This document shows, piece after piece, positions 30,260 through 56,471 of a stretch of 64,000 bases of DNA. Origin of the DNA: the human T2T-CHM13v2.0 reference genome, Homo sapiens; assembly GCF_009914755.1 (NCBI RefSeq), contig NC_060932.1. One strand, written 5' to 3'. The first letter of the stretch is position 1. The number at the start of each line of letters is the position of its first letter. The position numbers and the translations under genes are program-made. Under the pieces are notes generated by a model. It ran no database searches, had not been told where the DNA came from, and saw only the letters and a list, made by a program, of their open reading frames with translations.

Positions 30260-31920
30260 CAGAGTTGATTTAACATTAAATGTAACATATCACATTAAAA
30301 ATAGAAGATACTAAAGAAAAAATATACAAATATTGTAGTAGATGGAGGAAAACTTCTCTATGCATTAATGATAAAAATTATCAGGAAGTTCAGAGTAGAA
30401 GGAAAAGTTTTCAACCTGAAAAACCATTTTTACTAAAAGCCTACAGCAAACATCATGCTTGAAGATTAAATAGTAGAAACACTCCTTTTAAAATGAAACA
30501 TGACAGACATGCATATGTTTTTATTTTTTGCTTTTTTCTCTCTTTTTCTTGCTCTCCCAGTCTTCCTCTTTTTTCTTTTTTAGTATTATATTGGAGGTCT
30601 CAGAATGCTCAGGAAGACAAGAAAACAAAAATATATTGGAATATGAGCGGAAGACTTTTTTTGTCATTACTTATAATTGATAAAATTAACTTCACAGAAA
30701 GTCCTCTACAACATACAGGAAAACTATTTGAATTAGTATGAAAGCTTAGTGACAGTATTGGATATACAAAATATAAATCTCAATTGCAAATCTATACACA
30801 AGGATGAAAGATTAGGAAATATATTTTAAAATATATTATTTACAAGAGCAGTAAAATATATTAAGGTCCTAGTAATAAATCAAATAAAGATGTGCAAGAC
30901 CTCAAAGAAGAAAATCCAGAAAACTTTATTCAACAATGTTAAAGAAGAGAGACAGATCATAGGGAGACACAATAGCATAAAGGTCCAAATTCTTTCCAAA
31001 TTGATATATAGTCTAATGCAATTTAATAAAAATCCCAAACACTAATTTTTATGAGATTAGACAAGCTGATTCTAATATATACATGGAAGAACAAACGGCC
31101 AAGAATAGCCAACATATGCTTAAAGAAACAAAATCAAGGGGCTTATAATAATGCTGCTATAATTAAGAATGGATGATTATGTAGATCAATGGAATAGAAC
31201 AGAAAGTTCAGAAATTGACATGTTAATTTAGGGAAATTAAATATTTTGAAAAGGTAGCATTGAATATTAGTGAGCAAATAATTCTTTTATTAAGTCACCT
31301 GGTACAATGATTATTTATATAGAAAATTTATAATTGGATCTCTACTTCACATCATATATGAAATTCAATTCCAGGCAGATTTAGGATTTAGATGTGAAAA
31401 ACAAAACTTTAAAATATTTAGAGAATAAATGTTTAAGAATATTTTACAGGGTAGGGGAAAATTTCTTAAGCAATCACATGTAGCATAATGTCAAAATGGA
31501 AAGGCTGATAAATTAGATTTAAACAATCTAATTTTAAATTAGATTTAAACAGTCTAATTTTAAATTAGATTTAAACAGTCTAATTTTAAATTAGATTTAA
31601 ACAGTCTAATTTTAAATTAGATTTAAACAGTCTAATTTTAAATTAGATTTAAACAGTCTAATTTTAAATTAGATTTAAACAGTCTAATTTTAAATTAGAT
31701 TTAAACAGTCTAATTTTAAATTAGATTTAAACAGTCTAATTTTAAATTAGATTTAAAAAATTAAGGCCTTTTCTTCGTTCAAAGATACTTTAAATTTTGT
31801 AAAAAATAAGCATCAAATTGAAAGAAATTTGCAATACTTTTAACCAACAAAGGATTAATGTTCAGAATGTATGCATAACTCCTATGTTTCATATAGGAGT
31901 TAGAAAAAAACGAAGAGCAT
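30260..31920 (+). mobile_element. Old L1M ORF2 fragment
   Basis: A-rich with degenerate ORF2 motifs 'cctacagcaaacatcatgc', 'agatcaatggaatagaacagaaag', 'gacaagctgattcta'. Confidence 0.75.
31511..31757. repeat. 26-bp quasi-palindromic VNTR, 9.5 copies
   Basis: Unit aattagatttaaacagtctaatttta; copies 2-9 identical, copy 1 differs at one base. Confidence 0.97.
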
Positions 31921-31989
31921 ACGGAGGATATGGCAGAAATTTTAGGTTTTTTAAAAATTAGATGTTGTTTGGACTGTATATACATTTTT

Positions 31990-33355
31990 TTGTTCCTTTA
32001 TAAAAAAGTAACAGCTTTGAGATATAATTCATATACCATCATACATTTCCTTTAAAATGTATAATTTAATGGTTTTTAGTATATTTACAATTATGTAACT
32101 GATAGACTCTTTGTGTTCCTTAGCTCAGCTAGGTCTGAGTTCTTGTCAAATGACCAGGAAGAATTAGGCACGTGGACACCAGAGAGTGAGTGGAGTAGAA
32201 TTAATTAAGCGAAATGAAAACTCTCAGTGGAGAGTGTATGTGGGGAAGGGGGTGGTTCCCCTACCTGAAGGTGGGAAGGCCCCCCAACCTGCCGCCCCAT
32301 GTGGCTGGGTCTGGGGTCTTTTATGGACTCAGAATGGAGAGTGCATGCTGATTGGTTTGTGAGTATGCAAAAAAGGTTAAAACAAAGACACCACTCAGAC
32401 GTGGGCATGAGAGTGTAGAAGACCAATTAGGAAAGGGTAGGTATATGTAAAATAGATGAAGGGTGAGGATCAATCACAGAAAGCATGACAAACAGGAAAA
32501 CAAGTTCTCAAGTCAGTCTGAGGATTTAACTTGCAGCTTGGTTTTCAGGCTTTAAGCTCTTTGGCTCGGAGGTGGGGTTTCACCATGGAGCCACCCCTAT
32601 CTGCCTAGGTATTTGGCTGCCTCCTGCTACTCTGATAGCCACCACCACAATACATTTTAGAACATTTTTAACACCCTAATAAAGAAACTTGGGACTCATT
32701 AGCAGTCAATCCCAATCTCCTCCTCCCTAACATCTCCAGCCCTAGGCAACCACTATTCTACTTTTCTCTATAGATTTTCCTGTGCTGAATATTTCATATA
32801 AATAGCACCAAATAATATGTGGTTTTTGTGTCTGGTTCCTCTCACTTAGCATAATATTTTCAAGGTTCATCCATGTTACAGTACATATCAGTACTTCATT
32901 TCTTTTTATTGCTGAATAATATTCCATTGTATGGATATAACACGTTTCTTTTCCATTCATCACTTGATATTTAATGGTTTCCACTTTTTGTCTGTTAGGA
33001 ACAGTGCTGTAATATACATTCATGTACCAAGTTTTTATGTGGACATATATTAATAATTTCATTTCTGCTGGGTATGTAACTAGGAGTAGAATTGCTGCAT
33101 CATAAAGTTATTCTATATTTAATCTGAGGGACTGTTAGACCTGTTTTCCAGAGTGATGATACCGTTTTATATTCCCACAAGTGTCCCCATGGATACTTGT
33201 TATTATCTGTTTCTTAAATTATGGCCATCCTAGTAGATGTGAAGTGGTATCTCATTGTGATTTTCTTTGGCATTTCTCTAGTGTCTAAGGATGATGAGAA
33301 AGTTTTCATGAGTTTAATGGCCATTTGAATATTGTCTTTGGTGAAATATACATTG
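31990..33355 (-). mobile_element. L1MB-type 3' end interrupted by an LTR
   Basis: 'ctttgagatataattcatatacc', 'ccctaggcaaccact', 'caaggttcatccatgtt'; ORF 32742..33062 carries HTMEYYSAIK. Confidence 0.85.
32100..32635 (-). mobile_element. ERV1-class solo LTR (LTR27-like; family uncertain)
   Basis: Splits the L1MB sequence cleanly; near-TSD taac/tagc; end 'cccctatctgcctaggtatttggctgcctcctg'. Confidence 0.7.
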
Positions 33356-34370
33356 GTTTTAAATAAACATTGCTTCATAATAACACAACTTTAAAGATAA
33401 ACAGAATGAGGAGAAAATAGAAAAAAAGTTAATGTAGATAACTCTTTAGATAAGCTTTGCTGTGAATAGAAGCAGTGAAAGGAGATAATTCAAAGGACAT
33501 GTGAGTTGAAGAAAGGCTTGCAAATGTTCCGGTTCAGCAATTTCTTTTATGCCACAGTGATAATAGTAGCCCACAGTCACAGTCTCAGTGGGCACAGAGT
33601 GAGGGAGGCAAAGTGAGGGACAGAAATGGGGAAGGAAGAGGAACACAGGAGGGAACTGAGTTTATTGCAAAATGCAGAAGAATGGTTGAATAATAGAAGA
33701 GTCACCTTGTCTGGCAGAAGTGTTGAAAATGGGCTCTTGTAGGGGCAGAAGAAAAGCACTCAGGCCATTGGATAGGCAGACTTTTTCCCTTGAGAATCCA
33801 TGACTCTTGTCACCCTTTGCTTCCCTCTCTACCCAGGGACTTTACTGCTTTACAACCTAAGGAACCAGCTAAAACAACAGCAACAACGATAACAACAAAC
33901 CCAATTCTCACCCGCCGCACCTGCCCCCACCACCCGCAAAAAACAAATCCAAACAAAAAACTATTTAAAAATCACACAATTCACAAAAAGCGTCTCAAGA
34001 GTATGTTAATGTAAATACCATTTGTATTAAACCCTTACCTTATTTAAACGTACACATAGAGCTTGACTTTAAGAAACCCATGCATGAATTATTTGAATAA
34101 CTGAACTAATGAAGGGTGAAATTAAAATAAATATATTCAAATAATGAGAGGCGGTATAAGTGAAGGGAAATATGGTTTAAATTCTGAGTCTTATAAAAAT
34201 AATATGTATGTACATGTAGTACAACTATTAAAATTTGGGCTATTCTTGTTTCTTAATATTTTTGTGTATAATGATAAAAAACAATAAAAGAAATAAAGCT
34301 ATTTGATTTGGATGTACAGAGAAAAATCCAAGCTATGGGAAGTACATTGTGACCCCCAGGTGTATACATA

Positions 34371-34996
34371 TGTACATAAGCTGGGGTTAAGCTATTGCCT
34401 TAATTTTAGCCCCACCCATGTACACTCTGTGACGCTGCCTGGGATTCTACAAATCACATTTATCTTTTGCCACTAAGCTCCCTGTTAGGATCTGCCAATC
34501 AGAGGACGCTAGGGGCGGACTGGAAGGCTGAGTGGGGAAGAAGGAAGACACTTCCTGTTTGCTTCCTGTTCTGTTTAACGACACCCTAACGATTACTTTT
34601 CATTTCAGCAGTTATAGTTTGTTTCAGTAGCAACAGTTATTTCCAGTTTTAGTTTTGACAGCATTCCTAGAACTAGCTCCTTAGGGTTTTTTAAAGACAC
34701 CAACGCCAACCAGCAAGCGCCCCCTACTGAGCGGTCTAGGTCCCAGCTCTGAGAAGCCACTCAAGTTTCTAAGTTTAGTATTTATATTATAATTCTAACC
34801 TCTTCCCTTTGTTGTCTCAGCACTAGGTAGCTGCTTCCTATGTTGCTTATACCATGATATTTTAGTATTCCCTCTTGCCTTCTCCATTTTTCAATATCTG
34901 GTCGGATAGCAATTCTTTATATTGAATTATTTCTGTAAAAATAACTGTTGGGGTTTCTATTCTATATCTTAGATGGACTCTAACTGAATTAATACA
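34371..34996 (+). mobile_element. LTR41/LTR33-group ERVL solo LTR
   Basis: 'ctccctgttaggatctgccaat...actggaaggctg' and 3' end 'aaataactg...ctaactgaattaataca'. Confidence 0.7.
34717..34731 (-). promoter_or_regulatory. Candidate CTCF motif in the LTR41-like element
   Basis: Reverse strand reads ctcagtagggggcgc, close to the CCASYAGRKGGCRS core. Confidence 0.5.
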
Positions 34997-35326
34997 TATG
35001 TAAATATATGGTGAATATATATAAATTATAAACATATGTCTCTATATGTATATATAGATATGTGTCTCTATATCAATGTATGTATTATAGATATATACAT
35101 ATATGTATATATAGAACCATAGATAATTCTCCTTAATATGCATGTACATAGATATGTACATCCATATTATATGATATAGAATATATAAATATAATATCTA
35201 ATATATGCATATTAAGGAGAATTATCTATGGTTCTAAATATGCATTATACATATCTATATGCATACTGTATATCATATAATACATATCCATGTACATGCA
35301 TATTAAGGAGAACTATTTACGGTTTT
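34997..35326. repeat. TA-rich low-complexity tract with nested inverted repeats
   Basis: Perfect 32-bp inverted repeat at 35112-35143 and 35205-35236, plus a diverged third copy at about 35281-35326. Confidence 0.9.
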
Positions 35327-35479
35327 TGGTCTCATTTGTAATGCTCATAAAAATTTTCTCTTTTAATTTTAATTTCATTGAAACCATCCTTGGACTCATA
35401 CTTGGAGACAAACTTACTTGGTCACTATATATTATTATTTTGACACACTTTGGTGTTCAGTTAGCTAAGTTAGAAATTT

Positions 35480-37296
<1,817 letters not shown>

Positions 37297-37547
37297 TAAT
37301 TTCTTTTAAAAAATCTTCAATAATTCTACCCTAATTTTCTGAGCATTTTCTTAGCCATCTGAAAGCTTAGTTCAACAATTTTCAATGTTTTGTTTTTTAA
37401 TACTACCTTGGCATAACACTGAGGGTATATCCTTATTTTCTCATTCTCACACTCTCAATAGTTCTATGTAGTTTGTAATTTTCATTTTGCTGTTCCCTTG
37501 TCCTAAAAGTAATTTTGAATGCGAAGAGCACTTTTCAGTCACTTAAT

Positions 37548-37810
37548 TTTTAAAATAAATTTTATTGTGTACATTTAAAGTATACAGCATTATGTTATGG
37601 AATACACATAGGTAGTAAAAATTTATTATGGTGAAGAAAATTAACATATACATAATCTCATATAGGAAGAAAAAACTTTGTGTGTGGAAAGAGCAGCTAA
37701 AATCTACTGATTTAGCATGAATTCTATGTACAGTACAATTTTATTACCTATAGTCTTCATCTTGTGCATTAGATCTCTACATTTGTTTAGCCTATATATC
37801 TGCTACTTTG
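37548..37810 (-). mobile_element. Old L1MA-type 3' end, part 1 (continues at 42256)
   Basis: 'ttttattgtgtacatttaaagtatacagc', 'cttgtgcattagatctct'. Confidence 0.75.
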
Positions 37811-40800
37811 GTTTTTTTTATTTACTTTTAATTTTTGTGGGTATACAGTAAGTGTATATATTTATGGGGTACATGAGGTGTTTTCATACAGGCATGTAAT
37901 ATCAAATAAGCACATCGTGGAGAATGGGATATCCACCCCCTCAAGCATTTATTCTTGGAGTTACAAACAATCCATTTCTATTCTTTCAGTTATTTTAAAA
38001 TGTACAAATAAGTTGTTATTGATTATAGTCTCCCTGTTGTGCTATCTACTAATTAATAGTAGTTCTTATTCATACCTTCTATTTTTTTTTGTGCCCATTA
38101 AACATCCCTACCTCCCCCACCACCAACATCCCACTATCCTTCCTGGCTTCTGGTAACCATCCTTCTACTCTCTCTGTCCATGAGTTTAATAGTTTTAATT
38201 TTTAGATCCCACAATAAGTGAGAACATGTGATGTTTGTCTTTCTGTGCCTAGTTCATTTCACTCCACATGATCTCCAGTTCCATCCATCCAGGTTGTTGC
38301 AAATGACTGGATCTCATTCTTTTTATAACTGAGTAGGAATTCATTATGTATATATACCACATTTTCTTTATCCATTTATCTGTTGATGGGCACTTAGATT
38401 GCTTCCAAATTTTAGCTATTTTAAACAGTGCTGCAACACACTTAGGAGTGCAGATATTTCTTGGATATAATGATTTCCTTTCTTTTGGGTGTATACCCAG
38501 CAGTGGGATTGCTGGATCATATGGTAGCTCAATTTTTAGTTTTTTGAGGAGCCTCCAAACTGTTTTCCCTAGTTATTTTGCCAATTTACATTCCCACCAG
38601 CAGTGTACAAGGGTTCCCTTTTCTCTACATCCGTACCAGCATTTGTTATTTGCCTGTCTTTTGGATATAAGCCATTTTAACTGGGGTGAGATGATATCTC
38701 ATTGTAGTTTTGAGTTGCATTTCTTTGATGATCAGTGATGTTGAGTACATTTTCATATCCCTATTTGCCATTTGTATGTCTTTTCAGAAATGTCTATTCA
38801 AATCTTTTGTCCATTTTTAATCAGGTTATTAGTTTTTTTATAGACGTGCTTGAACTCCTTATATATTCTGGTTATTAATCCCTTGTCAGATGAGTAGTTT
38901 GCAAATATCTTATTTCACTCTGTGGATTGTCTCTTCACTTAGTTGATTGTATCCTCTGTTGTACAGAAGCTTTTTAACTTGATGTGATCTCATTTGTCCA
39001 TTTTTGTTTGGTTGCCTTGCTTGTGGCATATTGTTCAAGATGTTTTTTTTTGCCCAGACCAACATCCTGAAGATTTTTCCCCAAAGTTTTCTTGTAGTAG
39101 TTTTATAGTTTGAGGTATTAGATTTAAGTTTTTAATGTGTTTTGATTTGATTTTTGTATATGATGAAAGATAGAGGTCTATTTTCATTCTTCTGCATATG
39201 AATATCCCGTTTCCCCAGAACCATTTACTGAAGAGTCTCTCTTTTCCCCAGTGTATATTCTTTGCACCTTTGTTGAAAATGAGCATACCTGTGTGGATTT
39301 GTTTCTGGGTCCTCTATACTGTTCCATTGGTCTGTCCATTGTCCTGTGTATGTCTTGAAAAGTTGTAGTAGTTATTATTTTTGATTGGTTCATTATTTCA
39401 TCTTTCTACTTAAAATAAGAGAAATTTACACACTACAGTTTCAGTGTATAGTATTCTGTGTTTTTCTAGGTACTTACTATTTCTAATGAGTTTTGTACTT
39501 TTAGATAATTTCTGATTGCTCATTAACATGCTTTTCTTTCTGATTGAAGTACTCCCTTTATAAGTACTCCTTTTACAAGTACTCCCTTTACAAGCATTTC
39601 TTGTAGGACAGGTCTGCTGTTGATGAAATCCTTCAGCTTTTGTTTGTCTGTGAAAATCATTATTTCTCCTTAATGTTTGAAGGGTATTTTTTGCCAAATA
39701 TACTGTTCTAGCATAAAGGTTATTTTCCTTCAGCACTTTAAGTACATCATACCACTCTCTCCTGGCCTGTAAGGTTTCCACTGAAAAGTCTGCTGCTAGG
39801 CATATTGGCTCTCCATTGTATGTTATTTGTTTCATTTTTCTTGCTGCTTTTAGGATCCCTGCTTTATCCTTGATCTCTGGCAGATTGATTATTAAATACT
39901 TGCCATTTTGAGTCTATTTTCTAGATCCTGTAGGTGTGCTTCATTGTTTTTTATTATTTTTATTTTTTTTTCTCTTGTCTCCTCTGTGTATCAAATAGCT
40001 TGTCTTCAGGCTCACACGTTCTTTCTTTTGGTTGATTAATTTTGCTATTAAAGTACTCTGCTGTATTTTTCATTATGCCAATTGCATTTTTCAGCTTCAG
40101 AATTTCTGCTTGATTCTTTTTAATTATTTCAATCTCTGTTAAATTTATCTGATAAGATTCTGAATTCCTTCTCTGTGTTATCTTGAGTTTCTTTGAGTTT
40201 CCATAACACAGCGGTTTTGAATTCCTTGTCTGAAATTTCACATATCTCTGTTTCTCTAGGATGGGTCCCTGCTGCCTTATTTAGTTCATTTGGTGAGTTC
40301 ATGTTTTCCTGGATAGTGTTGATGCTAGCAGATGTTGTTCAATGTCTGGGCGTTGAAGAGTTAGATATTTATTGTAGTCTTCACTGTCTAGGCTTATTTG
40401 TAGCCATCCTTTTTGAAAGGACTTGGGTGTTGTGATCTAAGCTATATCTGCTTTAGCAGCACCCCAAGCCCAGTAATGCTGTGGTTCTTGCAGACTTGTA
40501 AAGGATCACCTTGATGGACTTAGACAAGATCCAGGAGAATTTTCTGGATTACTAGGTAGAGACTCTTGTCCTCTTCCCTTACTTTCTCCCAAACAAACAG
40601 AATCTCTTTCTGTTCTGAGTCACCTAAAGCTGGGGGTGGAGTGACACAAACACCCCTGTGACCACCTCCAGTATGACTGTGCTGAGTCAGAACTGAAGCC
40701 AGCACAGCACTGGGTCTGCGGTAACCACTCCCTGGCTAATGCCTATGTTCATATAAGGCCCTGAGGCTCTACAATCAGCTGATTGCAAAGCCAATCAGGT

Positions 40801-42239
40801 CTGTATTCTTCCCTTCAGGGCAGTAAGGTTCCCTAGGCCCAGGTGGATCCAGAAGTGCTATCTAGGAGTTAGGGACTAGAGTTAAACACCTAGCAGTCTA
40901 TCTGGTGTTCTATTGTACTGTGGAGGAACTGGCACTCTAACCACAAGATGCAGTTATTCTCACTCTTCCCTCCTCTTTCCAAAGGCAGAGGAACCTCACC
41001 CTGTAGCCACTGCCACCCCAGGCCATAAGGAATACTGTCAGACTGACTACCTCCAATGTTTCTTTAAGATCCAAGAGCTCTTAAGTCAGCTTGTGGTGAA
41101 TGTTTCCTGGCCTGGGACTCATCCTTCAGAGCAGTGGACTCCACTCTGGCCCAGGACAGAGCCAGAAATTTTATGCAATAGTCAAATCCTGGAACTGGGG
41201 AGCCCAAGAGCTTGCTTGGTGCTCTACCCACCCTATGGCTGTGCTGATACCTGAAGCCAGCAAGTCTCAGAGGCTTACCCAATGCCCTTGATGTGGTACC
41301 TGAGTATCGCTTCTGGTTTTTCAGGGACGAAAAGCTCTTCAGTTAGCAGAAGATGAATGCTGCCAGGATTGGATCCTTTCTCTCAAGGTTATGGGTTCTT
41401 TTATGACCCAAGGTGTGTCTAAAATGTTCATGTGGGAGGTAGGGCCCAGAACAGGGGCCTTTTGACTCTGACCACTGCCCTATCCTGCTATGGCTGAGCT
41501 GGTATCCAAGATCCAAGACAAAGTCCTCCCAACTTTTCCCTCTCCTCTTCTGAAGTGGAAGAAAGGGATTTCTTTTCGAGCTGTGAGCTGTGAAGCCTGG
41601 GGGTAGGGGAGGGGTGATGCCGGCACTCCTTTATCCACCTCAGCTGGTGTCTCAGTATGTCATGTGCCCCCCCCCCCCCAGTCCACTGTTTCAGGACCTG
41701 GTTCAGCACTGGGACTCACCTAATTGTTGCAGACCTTATGGACTACATTGGCTTTCAAGTTTGTTTGGAGACACAGAGCACTTTGGTCACTGGTAGTGAG
41801 GTTTGCAGGAACTCAAGTTCTGACCTCTGGGATCCATGATCCCTCTCTGAGTAGTGCCGGTTTAAATGCTTCCCTCGTGGGCAGGTGTCAGCTGAGTCTG
41901 GTCCGGTTTCCCTTTCTGCTCCACCTGGATAGCACAAAATTTAATGTCTCACAGTTGCTATGTTCTCTCTCCTCTAGCACCCAGAGATGCTCTCTGCACC
42001 ATGCCATGACTTCCAGGGGGTGGAGAACAGGTAATGTCAGGGGTTCAGGGCTCTTTTTTCTATCTCTTCAGTTGCCTCTTTCAGTGATATGAAGTTAAAA
42101 CCAGGTACTATGAGTGCTCATCTGATTTTTGGTTCTTATGAAGCTGTTTTTTTTTTTTTTTCTGTGTAGATAGTTGTTAAATTGGTATCTTTGTGGAGAA
42201 GGCAATCAGTGGAGCCTTCTGTTCGGCCATCTTGCTCCT
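37811..42239 (-). mobile_element. L1MA1/2-like element with both termini but most of ORF2 deleted
   Basis: 3' end 'tatttatggggtacatgag', 5' end 'ggccatcttgctcc', 16-bp TSD tata(t/c)ctgctactttg at 37795-37810 and 42240-42255; only 4.4 kb. Confidence 0.85.
39547..39595. repeat. 15-bp triplication inside the L1 ORF1 end
   Basis: aagtactcc(c/t)ttta(t/c) three times. Confidence 0.9.
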
Positions 42240-42255
42240 TATACCTGCTACTTTG

Positions 42256-42810
42256 TATTCTCTGATCTATGTCTCTTCATTTCTCCACTCCTCTGTTCCA
42301 ACCACCCCTGGTAACCATGTTTGTCTTCTCTATTTCTGTATATTTATTTACTTATTTTAGAATCTACTTATAAATGAGATCATGCAGTATTTTTCTTTCT
42401 GTGTCTGGTTTATTTCACTTGTCATAATGTCCTCCACCCTCTTTCATGTTGTGGCAAATGGCAAGATCTCATTCTTTTTTAAGGCTGAAGAATATCCCAT
42501 TGTATATATGTACTACAGTTTCTTTATCCATTCATCCATCAATGGCCACTTAGGTTAGGTTGTTTCCATATCTTGGCTATTGTAGAAAATACTGCAATGA
42601 ATATGGAAGTGGGTTATCTTTATGAGGTGTTGATTTCATTTCCTTTGGGTATGCCCAGAAGAGATATTACTGGGACATGTGGGAGTTCTATTTTTAACTT
42701 CTTTAGAAACCACCATACTCTTTTCTATAATGGCCACACCAATGTACATTCCCACTAACAGTGTATACAAGTTCCCTTTTCTTCATACTCTTACTGACAT
42801 TTGTTATCTT
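42256..42810 (-). mobile_element. Old L1MA-type 3' end, part 2
   Basis: 'cccctggtaacca', 'gagatcatgcagtatttttctttctgtgtctgg'. Confidence 0.8.
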
Positions 42811-42914
42811 CAGTTACTTAATTTTTATTGGTGGGAAGGGGGCTTTATTAACATTTTTTTGTTGAGATTATTCATTTCTAATTTTTTGCACTATTATTGG
42901 TGCTTGCTACAATT

Positions 42915-50561
<7,647 letters not shown>

Positions 50562-51567
50562 TAAGGTTTCTTTTTCATATTGTTATTTTTGGTTTTCCTC
50601 TGTGCTTTCATGTTAAGGATGTCACTTATAAACAATGCATAGCAAGCTTCTTTTTTTTAACCTAATCTGTGAATTGCTATATTTTAATAGATAGCTTAGC
50701 CCTGGCATATGTATTATAGCTAATAATGAATTTAACTTTTTTCTGTGATTTTATTTTGTTTTCTTTTTACTTCACTTGCTATATATTTCTCTTTACCTCC
50801 TTTCCAGCCTTTTGTTAGAATGATATTTTTTCTCTTTTTTTCTCATTCTAATGGTTTGGAAGATAATGCTATTCTGAGTAATTATTAGTAAATTTCTATC
50901 ATACAAACTTATGTTTGTTCATCTCATTTTTTTTGCCAAAGTTCAGTTATTCAGTATCCTGACCTTCCCCATTATTTACATAGGTATCTCTGCACTTTCT
51001 CATTTTCATATAATTTGAAATTTGAGTTTGATAGCTACTATGATTTTATTGTTCTAGCCTGTCAATATGCTTAGACAATTTTAAGTAGCCTTCTTTTCTT
51101 ATCATTACCTTTTTAACTCCACTTTTTCTTTTTGTATTTTATTTTTGTTTTGCTTTTTTTTTGTTGCTCTTCTCATTCCTCTATTCATTGCATCCTCTAA
51201 TAATTCTTTTCAGACAGCATTTCCAAGTGGTAAATGATGTCAGTCTTTTTCTTTCTTTCTGTAATTTCTATATATTTGAAATCCTGTATTTATCTAACTC
51301 TTCGTATTTACCAGGTTAGATAAAACTAATCTGGTTAATTTTTATTTCTATAGTAAAATTTTTTTATTATACCTTAAGTTCTAGGGTACATGTGCACAAG
51401 GTGCAGGTTTGATACATAGGTATACATGTGCCATGTTGCTTTGCAGCACCCATCACTCATCATTTACATTAGGTATTTCTCCTAGTGCTATCCCTCCCCA
51501 GCCCCCAGCCCCCCAACAGGCCTCACTATGTGATGTTCCCTGCTCTATATCCAAGTGATCTCATTGT

Positions 51568-55385
<3,818 letters not shown>

Positions 55386-55448
55386 TATGATGTTCGCTGG
55401 TTATTTCGCCCATTAATTGATGCAGTTTCTTCATGCCATCAATGGTCT

Positions 55449-56471
55449 TTACAATTTGGCCTGTTTTTGCAGTGGCTGGTACCAGTTGTTTCTTTCCCTG
55501 TTTAGTGCTTCCTTCAGGAGCTCTTGTAAGGCAGGCCTGGTTGTGACAAAACTCTCAGCATTTGCTTGTCTGTAAAGGATTTTATTTCTCCTTCACTTAT
55601 GAAGCTTAGTTTGGCTGGATACAAAATTCTGGTTTGAAAATTCTTTTCTTTAAGAATGTTGAATATTGGCCCCCCACTCTCTTCTGGCTTGTAAGGTTTC
55701 TGCCGAGATATCTGCTGTTAGTCTGATGGGCTTCCCTTTGTGGGTAACCTGATCTTTCTCTCTGGCTGCCCTTAACATTTTTTCCTTCATTTCAACCTTG
55801 GTGAATCTGACAATTATGTGTCTTGGGGTTGCTCTTCTCGAGGAGTATCTTTGTCGTGTTTTCTGTATTTCCTGAATTTGAATGTTGGCCTGCCTTGCTA
55901 GGTTGGGGAAGTTCTCCTGGATAATATCCTGAAGAGTATTTTCCAACTTGGCTCCATTCTCCCCATCACTTTCAGGTACACCAATCAAATGTAGATTTGG
56001 TCTTTTCACATAGTCCCACATTTCTTGGAGGCTTTGTTCTTCTCTTTTTACTCTTTTTTCTCTAACCTTGTCTTCTCACTTTATGTCATTAATTTGATCT
56101 TTAATCACTGATACACTTTCTTCCACTTGATCGAAGCAGCTGTTGAAGCTTGTGCATGCATCATGAAGTTCTTGTGCCGTGGTTTTCAGCTCCATCAGGT
56201 CATTTAAGGTCTTCTCTTCACTCTTTATTGTAGTTAGCTATTCATCTAATCTTTCTTCAAGGTTTTTAGCTTCCTTGCAATGGGTTTGAACATCCTCCTT
56301 TAGCTCGGAGAAGTTTATTACCAACCTTCTGAAACCTACTTCTGTCAACTCGTCAAAGTCATTCCCCATCCAGCTTTGTTCTGTTGCTGACGAGGAGCTG
56401 TGATCCTTTGAAGGAGAAGAGTCGCTCTGATTTTTAGAATTTTCAGCTTTTCTGCTCTGGTTTCTCCCCAT
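55449..56471 (-). pseudogene. Disrupted L1 ORF1
   Basis: MGRNQSRKAENSKNQ... and WDYVKRPNLHLIGVPE... fragments. Confidence 0.92.

Noticed and set aside
31511-31757. CRISPR-like array of palindromic repeats
   Set aside because: Units are head-to-tail with no spacers, no cas genes, and the context is primate DNA; it is a VNTR
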